Part shown: positions 62,053 through 64,000 of the stretch, one piece after another
How the letters are laid out: each line of letters opens with the position of its first letter
Position numbering within the stretch: the stretch's first letter is position 1
Notes under the pieces: model-generated
What the model was told of the DNA's origin: nothing
Seen by the model: the letters and a program-made list of their open reading frames with translations, nothing else
The model's database searches: none
Made by a program: the position numbers and the translations under genes
Source of the DNA: Marsupella aquatica
Lineage: Eukaryota; Plantae; Marchantiophyta
Direction of reading: 5' to 3'
Assembly: GCA_973895155.1 (NCBI GenBank)
Contig: OZ316894.1
Span: 867,968 to 931,967 of the forward strand
DNA: 64,000 nucleotides

Positions 62053-64000
62053 TGCAATTTACTACGCCGACCTACAGTAATAGCTAGGCTCTGAAATGTC
62101 TTCACAGATTAAGTCGCCCCCTATTTTCCGCAGAACAAACCCAAATCTGTGTTCTCTGTGCTTAACTCATTTACTTCGGCCTCCAATCGGTTGTACCAAT
62201 ACCTCTTGGTCATCCCCGCTCACTATAACTAAGCTGATAAAGATCCTTTCTATGAATGCCTCAATTCCATCGGCTGGACTTGAAGCCCTTGAAGCCCTTG
62301 AAGCATCGTTGCAGCACAACATGGGTTGGACTCTTAAATTGCCGTCATTCTCTGGTTGAGGAATTTAAATCTAATTCAGTGGTACTGTTTGTCAACCAAT
62401 TGAAGCTCACAATGGATGATCGGTCCAAGCATCATAGTGTCGGATTTAGAAAAAACCGCCTGAACAAAACGACGATGGTTAACCACTGGTACAATGTCGA
62501 CCCGAACGATTCAATTCCGGCCATGCGGAAGTCCTACAGAGTCGAAATCCCAACTCAAGAATTACAAAAGTGGCATAGTTTTACCCTCAGATATCAGTTT
62601 CACGAGATGAGTGACAAACTTTGAGCACTGTTTGACGCCTAGTTGTGCACCGTAGCAGTTTGGGACACATTTGAAGTGTAGTTTGGGACACGTTTGAAGT
62701 GTACATACTGGACTACAAATGAAAAACTCATCGCGCACTCCACGCCCATAACGCTTTGACTGGGGAATTGGCTAGCCTTGTTAAGGAACCTTGGAACCGC
62801 GACGACGACGGGTAGCAGCAACCAGTGCACATCTCAATCAAATGACTGGGAGGAGAAAGCTTTGACAGTTGTAGAGGATACCGATGGTTCCTTGCTCACA
62901 CGTATCGTCTGCAAAAAATGGCCGCCTGTATCATTGTAATCTAAGAATCTGACCGGATGCGGTCTCCACATTTGATTCGGACCGTTCCCTTGTAATCGCC
63001 TATCGCCTATTCCTGCTTTCATGCGTTTCATGTTATGGGATTTTGTATGTTAATGTATTTTCTTAGAGATAAAAAGTATAGCCTTTGACCCAATTCTGAA
63101 AGTCGCTCCACCCAATGCAGCGATTGCCTCGCTCATGAGGTGTTTCTGTAATTCAATTGCACCTTGCTCTGGCATTTTTTGGCATTCTGACGGCAGCGTA
63201 TCCAGTAACTAGGTGCAAGCAGACCATGGTTATCCTCGATTCCAGGCCCTTCTGTGGCGTCCTCTTGGTAGAATTTGACGTCTATTCACCCGGGAACAGT
63301 TCTCACTGTACTTTTTCCGTGACCGAACTCTGTTTGCGTTTGGTTGTACTAAACGTACGAGCAATTGACTTGTTGCGTGAACCCTCGGGTCTCCTCACTT
63401 TCAATTGGATGCAACTAAGATTTTGGACACCGCCTGACCACATCGCAACATCGCAACATCGCATCAGTGCCCTTTCAGGAGAACTTCACGTCTCTTCACC
63501 ACAGCAGGCGACTCTCCCTCTAGCCTCGCTTGGAGTCATTCGATTTTCAAATTGCGGTTTTCTTTTCTTCAGAACTAGAATCTCGGACATTTGCTTAACC
63601 TTCAGACCTCTGTTGGGAGATCACATCCATTAGAGAAAGCGATAATTCCAGAGAATAAAATGAGTAGTAATTCATGGAAGCGAAGAATACTAAAAACTGT
63701 TTTCGATTAAAACCCTTCTCTTCAAACAAGGGTCTGTTACAGAGACCATGATCTGTCGCCTGACCAATTTACAACAGTTACATATATGAAAGCACTACTA
63801 GTAAGATCATGACGTCTGAATTGAAAGTCTTAGAGCCTTCATAAAAATATTGGGATGGCAAAATACCAGTGAAAATGATGGAAAAACTACGAATGAAAAG
63901 AACTAAACGACCCAAAACCAGCCTACAACTGAGCCAACAGCCAATCCGAAAACGAGCGAAATTGTCATCACGATCCCTGCTGTCTCTGCCTCAGCTAATG

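Overview
Eukaryotic nuclear DNA from a land plant, most likely a moss (inferred: the DYW domains closely resemble my recollection of Physcomitrium PPR56-type editing factors, and introns are GT-AG). Recognisable genes: two tandem PLS-class PPR-E-DYW C-to-U RNA-editing factor genes (each with a separate N-terminal exon), 40S ribosomal protein uS5/RPS2, an eIF3g with an intronless CDS, a six-exon peroxisomal SDR (SDRa/IBR1-like, ends SRL), histone H4 with a classic plant histone promoter, a four-exon 3-hydroxybutyryl-CoA dehydrogenase and a processed SRP14 pseudogene. Three long intronless orphan ORFs (528, about 445 and 917 aa) lie in the right-hand part. Intergenic DNA holds non-autonomous DNA transposons (one MULE with a perfect 10-bp TSD, MITEs, a possible Helentron-like family), L1 remnants and tandem duplications. 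Most interesting: the two PPR-DYW paralogues differ systematically at their specificity residues (all three TN P/P2 motifs become TD), copy 1 carries an extra ~430-aa region, and a 445-aa orphan has repeated P-x-x-G-D motifs reminiscent of viral fibre proteins. Splice models and coordinates were read by eye and may be off by a few bases; no database searches were run.
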